NCBI GenBank assembly: GCA_016875735.1
Contig: VGOW01000007.1
Coordinates: 5,844 to 69,843 of the forward strand
Origin: Chloroflexota bacterium
Lineage (GTDB): Bacteria; Chloroflexota; Anaerolineae; Anaerolineales; VGOW01
DNA: 64,000 bases
Reading direction: 5' to 3'
Shown: positions 36,382 to 43,503 of the stretch, piece after piece
How the letters are laid out: each line of letters starts with the position of its first letter
How positions within the stretch are numbered: the first letter of the stretch is position 1
Position numbers and translations under genes: made by a program
Notes under the pieces: model-generated
Databases searched by the model: none
Told to the model about the DNA's origin: nothing
Seen by the model: the letters and a program-made list of their open reading frames with translations, nothing else

Positions 36382-37404
36382 ATGACAAAAGTCAAACCAC
36401 AGTTTGCCGTCGCCGGTGGATTGCGAGAGGACTACTTCATCACTCCGGCGGGCGAGCCGCACCTGCGTGAGATCGGCGGCAATGCGTTGTATGCCGCTGT
36501 GGGCGCGGCGCTGTGGCGCAAAGCGCCGCACAGCGTGGGCATCGTCGCCCGCGTTGGCGAAAACTATCCTGCCGAGTGGATCGATCTTTTCAATCAGCGC
36601 GGCTTCGACACGCGAGCGATCAAAATCGTTCCCGGCCATCACGACACGCGCACCTTCTACGCTTACCTCAGCCTCGAAGAGCGCGTGGACATCGACCCCG
36701 CCGGGCACTTCGCCCGCATCGGCCAGCCCCTGCCGCCCGAACTCAAAGATTACTCCACCTCCACCGAAGGGCAGGAAGATCGACAACAGTTCGCGCCGCT
36801 CGCCGTGCGCCCGGCCGATGTGCCAAAAAGTTTTCACGAAGCGCGCGGCCTGCACCTCTCCCCCTGCGATTACCTCACCCACCGCACCCTGCCCGAAGCG
36901 GCGCGCGCCGCCGGAATCAAAATCATCACTTGCGATCCGTCGGTGCGTTACATGCAACCCGGCCTGAAAAAAGAAGTTGCCGAAGTGGTGCGCGGACTCG
37001 ACGCCTTCCTCCCCAGCGAAATGGAAGTGCGCTCGTATTACCGCGCCGACGTTTACGATGTGTGGGAAGCCGCCGCCGAGTTTGGCGCGATGGGCTGTCG
37101 CATCGTCGTCGTCAAACGCGGCGCAAACGGATGCGTTGTGCATCACGTCGAGAGCGGCGGCAAATGGCAAATCCCGGCTTACCCTGTCACCGTGCGCGAT
37201 GTCACCGGCGCAGGCGATTCATTCAGCGGCGGCTTCCTCACCGGCCTCGCCGACACCGGCGATCCGGTTGAGGCCACCCTGCGCGGACTCGTGTCGGCCT
37301 CCATTGTCATTGAAGGCGCGGGCGCCCTCAGCGGCCTCAACGCCCATCCCGATCTTCCGCAAGCTCGCCTCAATCGTCTGCGCGAATCCGTTCGCAAGAT
37401 ATGA
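36382..37404 (+). CDS. PfkB-family carbohydrate/nucleoside kinase
   Basis: DVTGAGDSFSGGFLTGL (PfkB signature 2) and an N-terminal GG dipeptide region (FAVAGGL). Start at MTKVKPQF. Confidence 0.85.
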   Translation: MTKVKPQFAVAGGLREDYFITPAGEPHLREIGGNALYAAVGAALWRKAPHSVGIVARVGENYPAEWIDLFNQRGFDTRAIKIVPGHHDTRTFYAYLSLEERVDIDPAGHFARIGQPLPPELKDYSTSTEGQEDRQQFAPLAVRPADVPKSFHEARGLHLSPCDYLTHRTLPEAARAAGIKIITCDPSVRYMQPGLKKEVAEVVRGLDAFLPSEMEVRSYYRADVYDVWEAAAEFGAMGCRIVVVKRGANGCVVHHVESGGKWQIPAYPVTVRDVTGAGDSFSGGFLTGLADTGDPVEATLRGLVSASIVIEGAGALSGLNAHPDLPQARLNRLRESVRKI

Positions 37405-38489
37405 ACCTGCTCGACCGCGCCATCGCCATTCAACAAATCGCCGCGCCCACCTTCGAAGAAAAAGATCGCGCCGAATACGTCGCGCGCGAATTCGACGCGC
37501 TCGGCCTGTGCGATGTGGAAGTGGACGAACTGGGCAACGTCTTCGCCCGCCGCCCGGGCGGCGCGGCGGCGCCGATTCTGATCACCGCCCACACCGACAC
37601 CGTTTTCCCGCGCGGCGCCGACCTCGCCCTTCAGCGCACATCCACCCGCGTGATCGGGCCCGGCATCGGCGACAACTCGCTCGGCGTGGCCGGGCTATTC
37701 GCCATTGTCGAGTCGTTGAGCGAAATGAATCTCGAAACGCCCGGCGACCTTTGGCTGCGCGCCAACGTGGGCGAAGAGGGCTTGGGCGATTTGCGCGGCA
37801 TGAGGCGAGCGATGGATCGATTGGGGCGGCGCGTGCGCGCCACGATTGTGATCGAGGGTATGGCTTACGGGCGCGTGTATCATCAAGCCATCGGCGTGCA
37901 TCGTTTGCGAATCTCCGCGCGCGCCGAGGGCGGCCACTCGTGGCACGATTACGGCCGGCCCAGCGCCGTGCACGGGTTGGCGGCTCTCGCCGCGCGCATC
38001 ATCGCCCTGCCCATCTCTGCTCAACCCAAAACAACCCTCAACATCGGGCAGATCAGCGGCGGCACATCGGTGAACACCATCGCCCGCGAGGCCTCGCTTG
38101 AACTCGATCTGCGATCTGAAGACCCGGCGGCGCTGGCCGAATTGGTGATGAAAATCGGATCGCTGATCCGGGAGTCGGCCTCCCCTGCTCTGGCCTTCAC
38201 TCACATCACCACCAGCCGCCGCGCGCCCGGATCGATCCCGCTCGATCATCCGCTGGTTCAGCTTGCGGCGAACGCTCTGCGCGAGGTGGGCGCGGAGCCG
38301 GTCTTCGAGAAGGGCAGCACCGATGCGAACGTTCCCCTCAGTCTCGGCCTGCCCGCCGTCGTCATCGGTTTGTGCCGCGGCGGCAACGCTCATCGCCCCG
38401 ACGAATACATCGAAACCGAGAGGCTCGACAACGGATTGAGGCAATTGATGACGGTGGTGATGGGCGCGTATAAATTGCCCGCGCCCTGA
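37401..38489 (+). CDS. M20-family metallopeptidase (ArgE/DapE/PepT-like)
   Basis: ITAHTDTVFP, GIGDNSLG and EEGLGDLRG metal-binding motifs. ATGA overlap with the kinase gene. Confidence 0.85.
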   Translation: MNLLDRAIAIQQIAAPTFEEKDRAEYVAREFDALGLCDVEVDELGNVFARRPGGAAAPILITAHTDTVFPRGADLALQRTSTRVIGPGIGDNSLGVAGLFAIVESLSEMNLETPGDLWLRANVGEEGLGDLRGMRRAMDRLGRRVRATIVIEGMAYGRVYHQAIGVHRLRISARAEGGHSWHDYGRPSAVHGLAALAARIIALPISAQPKTTLNIGQISGGTSVNTIAREASLELDLRSEDPAALAELVMKIGSLIRESASPALAFTHITTSRRAPGSIPLDHPLVQLAANALREVGAEPVFEKGSTDANVPLSLGLPAVVIGLCRGGNAHRPDEYIETERLDNGLRQLMTVVMGAYKLPAP

Positions 38490-38499
38490 AACCCTCGCC

Positions 38500-39573
38500 T
38501 CACCCCCGATACTTCTCCCACACTCTTTTCAACTCATCCAACGGCAAGGCATAGGCCGTGTTGCCGCGAAGGCCGGTCGTCGTTTCGGCGGCGACGATGG
38601 AATTGATGATGGCCTCTTCGACGCACTCGGCGACGGCCTCGAAGAAGTCGTTGAGGTGATGATGGGGTAACATGCTCAATGCAACTTGCGCTTCATGGCT
38701 CCGGCCCGGAATGTGGTTGCCGGTGGCGAAGGCCAAAAACAAATCGCCGCTGCCGTTGTGCCCCACACTCCCCACGCGAGCCAAGCCGACCGTCGCTCGC
38801 TGAGCCAATCGGTTGCACTGCGTCGGCAGCAGCGGCGCGTCGGTGGTGATGATAACGATGATCGATCCGAGCGGCGGCTGACGCCCCCACGGCAGCGGAA
38901 CGCGAGTGTGATCGATCTCGCGCCCCACCGGGACGCCGTCAACCCGGAACAGTTCGCGATCGCCATGATTGGCCTGAACCAACGCGCCGACCGTGAATGC
39001 GCCGCTGGCAACGTTGACCACGCGCGACGCCGTGCCGATGCCGCCTTTGAAGTCGTGGCAGATCATTCCCGTGCCGCTTCCCACACAACCTTCGGCCACC
39101 GGGCCGGAGCGCGCATGTTCCAGCGCTTCAAAAACATGCTCATGCTTCACATGAAAGGCGGGCATGTCGTTCAGCCAACCATCGTAAGTTTCAGCCACCA
39201 CCGGCAGAGCCCATGTGTCGGTGAAGCCTTTCTCGTGCCCGTAGATTGTGAGCGCTTCGTGCGCCGTGCCCACCTGCCCGGTGTTGGTGAGGGCAATGGG
39301 CGACGACAGCACACCCGACTCGGCGATCCAATGCACGCCGGTCATCTCGCCGTTGCCGTTGAAAGAATGAAAACCGGCGAAGGCATGATCCGTCCAAATA
39401 TGTCCTTCGCGCGGGACGATGACGGTGACGCCGGTGCGGGCAATGCGCGGCTCGTCGCGGATGATGGTGGAGTGCCCCACGAGAACACCGGGCACGTCGG
39501 TGAGGGCGTTGTGCGGGCCGGTGGGGTGCTGGCCGATGATGATTCCTAAATCGCGCAATCGGGCTCGAGTCAT
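38500..39573 (-). CDS. DmpA/S58 (P1) family aminopeptidase
   Basis: RARLRDLGIIIGQHPTGPHNALTDVPGVLVGHSTI and the self-processing region GIGTASR are typical of DmpA/BapA. Start ATG 39573 is preceded by GGAGGAGA 6 nt upstream. Confidence 0.85.
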   Translation of the reverse strand: MTRARLRDLGIIIGQHPTGPHNALTDVPGVLVGHSTIIRDEPRIARTGVTVIVPREGHIWTDHAFAGFHSFNGNGEMTGVHWIAESGVLSSPIALTNTGQVGTAHEALTIYGHEKGFTDTWALPVVAETYDGWLNDMPAFHVKHEHVFEALEHARSGPVAEGCVGSGTGMICHDFKGGIGTASRVVNVASGAFTVGALVQANHGDRELFRVDGVPVGREIDHTRVPLPWGRQPPLGSIIVIITTDAPLLPTQCNRLAQRATVGLARVGSVGHNGSGDLFLAFATGNHIPGRSHEAQVALSMLPHHHLNDFFEAVAECVEEAIINSIVAAETTTGLRGNTAYALPLDELKRVWEKYRG

Positions 39574-39625
39574 GATTGTCTCCTCCGGATGAAATATGGA
39601 CAAGGATCAGCAGATCACGAAACAA

Positions 39626-39737
39626 GCACTCTGAGCAGAGGCCTGCGAAGCAGGCCGTAGTCGAAGAGTGCGGTTGTCGCCGCGAATCCGCATCCTTCGA
39701 CTGCGGCGAGAACAACTCTCGCCTACGCTCAGGGCGC
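39626..39737. repeat. About 110-bp imperfect palindrome in a divergent intergenic region
   Basis: Inner arms are ccgtagtcgaagagtgcgg (39655..39673) and ccgcatccttcgactgcgg (39688..39706). Outer arms are ctgagc and gctcag. A perfect mini-hairpin GGCCTGC-GAA-GCAGGCC is embedded at 39640..39656. Half-copy at 1195..1262. Confidence 0.7.
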
Positions 39738-39741
39738 TTTC

Positions 39742-40212
39742 GTGGCTACTGAGTATATTCGCAATGCGCTTGACACGACACCCAATGCTTCTATACTTTC
39801 TCCATGTTCCTGTTCTACTTTTCAATCGGCCTCGCCGTCGGCCTCCACTGCGCTGTATCACCTCTTTCAGAAAATCACTCCTGCCAATGCAAACCCGCCG
39901 CTCGCGCTGATCGTCACCTACCTCTCCGCGGCGATCATTTGTCTCGGCCTGTTTCCATTCTATCCGTTGAAGAACGGACTCGGCGCGGCGGTGCGGCAAT
40001 TGAATTGGGCCAGTGTGGGGTTGGAAGTCGGCTTCCTGTTGGCGTATCGGTCGGGCTGGAACATCAGCCTCGCGGCCATCGTCGCCAACGCCGCCGTGGC
40101 GCTGATCCTCGTTCCGCTCGGTCTGCTGTTCTTCAAAGACAAAGTGACGCCGATCAATCTCGTGGGCGTCCTCGTGTGCATCGTCGGTTTGGTGATGGCA
40201 AACTTGAAGTAA
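39742..40212 (+). CDS. Small DMT/EamA-like 4-TM membrane protein; 5' end ambiguous (possible frameshift)
   Basis: The ORF-track frame (GTG 39742) gives ...TALYHLFQKITPANANPPLALIVTYLSAAIICLGLF...INLVGVLVCIVGLVMANLK, which is EamA-half-like. The hydrophobic N-terminus MFLFYFSIGLAVGL is encoded from ATG 39804 in another frame. See the corresponding finding. Confidence 0.55.
   Translation: MATEYIRNALDTTPNASILSPCSCSTFQSASPSASTALYHLFQKITPANANPPLALIVTYLSAAIICLGLFPFYPLKNGLGAAVRQLNWASVGLEVGFLLAYRSGWNISLAAIVANAAVALILVPLGLLFFKDKVTPINLVGVLVCIVGLVMANLK
39770..39797 (+). promoter_or_regulatory. Near-consensus promoter predicting a leaderless transcript starting at ATG 39804
   Basis: TTGACA (39770..39775), a 16-nt spacer, then TATACT (39792..39797). 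The A of ATG 39804 is the 7th nt after the -10 element. Confidence 0.55.
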
Positions 40213-40231
40213 ACCCATAAGGAGGATCATC

Positions 40232-41911
40232 ATGTCCAAAGTGAATCGGTTGTTATCCGCCGCGCTGGTTGTCGCGGCCATCGTCTCTGCCTGCGGGGGA
40301 GGAGGCGGCGCGGCCACGCAAGCGCCCGCCGCCACCGAAGGCCCGGCCATCGTGCGCCTTGGTTGGGCCGGCAGCCCCGACACGCTGAACCCCGGCGCGG
40401 CGGTGCTCTCCGAAGCGTATACGATTTTTGCTCTCGTGTACGACTCGCTCTATGAGTTTCAACTCGACGGCACGTACAAGTTGGGCGTGGCCGAGAGCGC
40501 GGATGTTTCGGATGACGGTTTGACGTGGACGTTCAAGATTCGGTCGGGCGTCAAATTTCACGACGGCCAACCGATGACGGCGAAAGATGTGGCCTTCTCG
40601 CTCAACCTCTACAAGAGCCACGAAGACTTTCCCTATCTCAACACGTATACGTATAGCTTCGAATCCATCGAAGCGCCCGACGACTCCACCGTAGTCATCA
40701 CGCTCACCGGGCCGGTGCCCAATATCGACTACCTGCTGTCGTACCTCTACATCCTGCCCGAACATGTGTGGAGGGATCATGCCGAAGGATCGGCGGCGGC
40801 GGAGTTCGAGAATGCGGAAATGATCGGCACGGGGCCGTTTGCGGTGAAGGAGTACAAGCAGAACGAGTTCGTTCACCTCGTCGCCAACAAAGATCACTTC
40901 CTCCAACCGCCGAAGATCGACGAAGTCGTATTTCAAACCTTCGAGAATCAAGATGCGCTGGTGCAGGCGATCAAGACCGGGCAGGTGGATATGATCACCG
41001 AGATGCCCAAAACCGCCGCACCGACTCTGCGCAACGAACCCAATGTGAAGTTGGTGACCGGCGCGCCGTTCTCGCCGGATGTATCCGACATCATCTTCAA
41101 TCAGGTAGCGCCGGAGAACTGCCCAAAAGATGCCGGAGGCGTTTGCACCGGCCACCCTGCTCTGCGTGACCGTAACGTGCGTCTCGCGCTCGCTCATGCC
41201 ACCGACAAAAAGAAGATCATCGACGTGGTTCTTCTCGGCCTCGGCGATCCCGGCCTCACCCTTATCCCCAATGGACTCGGGCGCTGGTACAACAACTCGT
41301 TGGCCGATTATGGCTATGATGTCGCAAAGGCAAAGCAAATCCTCGACGATGCTGGTTACAAAGACATCGATGGCGACGGCGTGCGTGAAATGCCCGACGG
41401 CGCCAACCCCCTCATCTTCCGCATGAACTGGCCGAGCGACAGCACCAACGCGCCGCGCATGGCCGAACTGCTCTCGCAGATGTGGCTGGAAGTGGGCGTG
41501 AAGACTGAACTGCAAGCGCAAGACCCCGACGCGCTCACCGCCGTTTGTTGCCCGGCGTTCGACTTCGACGTGATCCTCTGGGGCTGGGGCTCCGACCCCG
41601 ATCCCAACCTTCTGCTGGGGGTGATGACCACCGAGCAGATCCCGACCGGCAGCAGTGAAACCGGTTACTCGAACCCGGCCTACGACGATCTCTTCGCCCA
41701 ACAGTCGGTGGAACTCGATTCGGCGAAGCGCAAAGACATCGTGTGGCAGATGCAGAAGATCGCGCACGACGACGTGGTTTACATCATCCCCTTCTACGCG
41801 CAAGAGGTGCAGGCCTTCCGCACCGACCGCTTCGGCGGATGGATCACCGACGCGGGCAAACTGGCGCTGGAAGATGTGAGTTCGCTGGTTGTGATCGAGC
41901 CGGTCAAGTGA
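40232..41911 (+). CDS. ABC transporter substrate-binding lipoprotein, family 5 (peptide/nickel, OppA/DppA-like)
   Basis: Lipobox AAIVSAC plus a Gly-rich linker. Family-5 SBP-like sequence throughout (e.g. TWTFKIRSGVKFHDGQPMTAKDVAFS). Confidence 0.9.
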   Translation: MSKVNRLLSAALVVAAIVSACGGGGGAATQAPAATEGPAIVRLGWAGSPDTLNPGAAVLSEAYTIFALVYDSLYEFQLDGTYKLGVAESADVSDDGLTWTFKIRSGVKFHDGQPMTAKDVAFSLNLYKSHEDFPYLNTYTYSFESIEAPDDSTVVITLTGPVPNIDYLLSYLYILPEHVWRDHAEGSAAAEFENAEMIGTGPFAVKEYKQNEFVHLVANKDHFLQPPKIDEVVFQTFENQDALVQAIKTGQVDMITEMPKTAAPTLRNEPNVKLVTGAPFSPDVSDIIFNQVAPENCPKDAGGVCTGHPALRDRNVRLALAHATDKKKIIDVVLLGLGDPGLTLIPNGLGRWYNNSLADYGYDVAKAKQILDDAGYKDIDGDGVREMPDGANPLIFRMNWPSDSTNAPRMAELLSQMWLEVGVKTELQAQDPDALTAVCCPAFDFDVILWGWGSDPDPNLLLGVMTTEQIPTGSSETGYSNPAYDDLFAQQSVELDSAKRKDIVWQMQKIAHDDVVYIIPFYAQEVQAFRTDRFGGWITDAGKLALEDVSSLVVIEPVK

Positions 41912-41995
41912 TTGCAGAGTGTTGATTTCGGATTGCAGATTGAAGAACGCAACCGCCTTCAATCTGCAATCTGCGATCTGAAATCGCAAATCCGA
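41910..41995. repeat. Heptad-periodic inverted repeat filling the SBP/permease junction
   Basis: gattgcagattgaag (41931..41945) pairs perfectly with cttcaatctgcaatc (41957..41971). The arms are runs of GATTNNN and NNNAATC heptamers. The right arm ends at ATG 41996. Confidence 0.85.
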
Positions 41996-43033
41996 ATGAA
42001 ACGCTATCAACTTCTAGTCAGCAAAGTCGGCTGGTCGCTGTTCACCGTCCTCTTCGTCATCGTCCTCAACTTCTTTCTGTTCCGCGTGCTGCCCGGCGAT
42101 CCCTCGCGCGCCGGTGTGCGCGACCCGCGATTGACGAAAGAGGCGCAGGAAGCTATCCGCGTGCGCTTCGGCCTCGACAAACCGATCATCAACTGCTTCA
42201 CGACTCTCAACCCCCTTAAACTCGCCCCCGAAACGTGCGCGGTCAACCCGCTCGATACTCAATTCTTCATTTACATTGGCAATCTTATTCGCGGCGAGTT
42301 GGGCATCAGCTTCCACACCAACCGCCCCGTGGCCGGCATCCTCCGCGAACGGCTGGGAAACACCATCCTGCTCATCGGCGCCGGGCAGATTCTCAGCATC
42401 GTGCTCGGCATCGCCATCGGCGTCGTCGCCGCGTGGAAGTCGCGCACCGTGGTCGATTACACTGCGCTCGTTTCCAGCCTCGTCGCGTGGAGCATGCCCA
42501 CCTTCTGGCTGGGTATCATATTGCTGTTCTGGGGCAGTCGCGATCTCGGCTTGCCCATCGGCGGGCAGGTCACGGTGGGCACGACCTATGCCACCGTTTG
42601 GGATCGCTGGCTCGACATCGGGCGGCACATGCTCCTGCCCACGCTCACCCAAACCATCATCTACGTCGCCGAGTATGTGCTCATCATGCGCTCCACCATG
42701 CTCACCGTGCTCTCCGAAGATTACATTCTCACCGCCAAAGCCAAAGGTCTCAGCACGTTCCAGATTCTCAAAGACCACGCCTTGCGCAACGCCGCTCTGC
42801 CCATCGTCACCATCGTCGCCCTCAACCTCGGCTTCACCGTCGCCGGAGCAATCCAAATCGAATCCGTGTTCTCGTGGCCCGGTCTCGGCCAAGCCACCTA
42901 CGAAGCCGTTGTCCGCCGCGACTATCCGTTATTGCAGGGCGCGTTTCTATTGCTGGCCGTCAGCGTCATCATTGCCAACTTGATCGCAGATTTGCTTTAT
43001 TCATATCTCGACCCCCGCGTGCAAACATCATAG
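41996..43033 (+). CDS. ABC transporter permease (OppB/DppB-like)
   Basis: MKRYQLLVSKVGWSLFTVLFVIVLNFFLFRVLPGDP and the EAA-loop region (YILTAKAKGLS...ALRNA) are typical of BPD_transp_1 peptide permeases. Upstream codons of the ORF-track version are repeat-encoded. Confidence 0.9.
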   Translation: MKRYQLLVSKVGWSLFTVLFVIVLNFFLFRVLPGDPSRAGVRDPRLTKEAQEAIRVRFGLDKPIINCFTTLNPLKLAPETCAVNPLDTQFFIYIGNLIRGELGISFHTNRPVAGILRERLGNTILLIGAGQILSIVLGIAIGVVAAWKSRTVVDYTALVSSLVAWSMPTFWLGIILLFWGSRDLGLPIGGQVTVGTTYATVWDRWLDIGRHMLLPTLTQTIIYVAEYVLIMRSTMLTVLSEDYILTAKAKGLSTFQILKDHALRNAALPIVTIVALNLGFTVAGAIQIESVFSWPGLGQATYEAVVRRDYPLLQGAFLLLAVSVIIANLIADLLYSYLDPRVQTS

Positions 43034-43503
43034 TAAAGGGTGAAGTGTGGAGAGTGGAAAGAAGGCGATGTCTGTAAATGCTCCCGCAAAGGATCACCGT
43101 GATCTTCGAGTATATCAACTCGCATTTGAGTCGGCGGTTCGCGTTTATGAAACCACCAAATCGTTCCCACCCGAGGAGCGATACAGCCTCACCGATCAGA
43201 TCCGGCGTTCATCCCGTTCCGTCTGCACCAACATCGCCGAAGCGTGGCGCAAGAGACGCTACCCCAACCACTTTGCCAGTAAGCTCAGCGATGCCGACGC
43301 AGAGGCTACCGAAACCATCGTGTGGCTCGACTTTGCCTTTCGCTTCGGCTTCGTCTCAGCCGATCTTCACCGCGAACTCATCGAAAGCTACAACCTTGTT
43401 TGCAGGCAACTCACTGTGATGATGTCCCAACCCCACAAATGGACTCCAAAACCCTGATCCACCCTCTACCCTCCGCCCTCCACTCTTCACTCTCCAGCCT
43501 CCG
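43034..43503. repeat. Long-range imperfect inverted repeat enclosing the four-helix-bundle gene
   Basis: The left purine-rich heptamer run is gtaaagg gtgaagt gtggaga gtggaaa gaagg. The right pyrimidine-rich run is ccaccct ctaccct ccgccct ccactct tcactct ccagcct. GTGAAGTGTGGAG (43040..43052) is 12/13 complementary to CTCCACTCTTCAC (43478..43490). Confidence 0.6.
43068..43457 (+). CDS. Four-helix-bundle protein (23S rRNA intervening-sequence protein family)
   Basis: DLRVYQLAFESAVRVYETTKSFPPEERYSLTDQIRRSSRSVCTNIAEAWRKRRYPNHFASKLSDADAEATETIVWLDFA is the characteristic pattern of this family (TIGR02436/PF05635, from memory). Confidence 0.85.
   Translation: MSVNAPAKDHRDLRVYQLAFESAVRVYETTKSFPPEERYSLTDQIRRSSRSVCTNIAEAWRKRRYPNHFASKLSDADAEATETIVWLDFAFRFGFVSADLHRELIESYNLVCRQLTVMMSQPHKWTPKP

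Noticed and set aside
40253-42010. 585-aa minus-strand ORF antisense to the substrate-binding protein gene
   Set aside because: The plus-strand gene has an unmistakable family-5 SBP sequence with a lipobox. The antisense product is low-complexity (R/G/V/H-rich), a typical high-GC shadow ORF.
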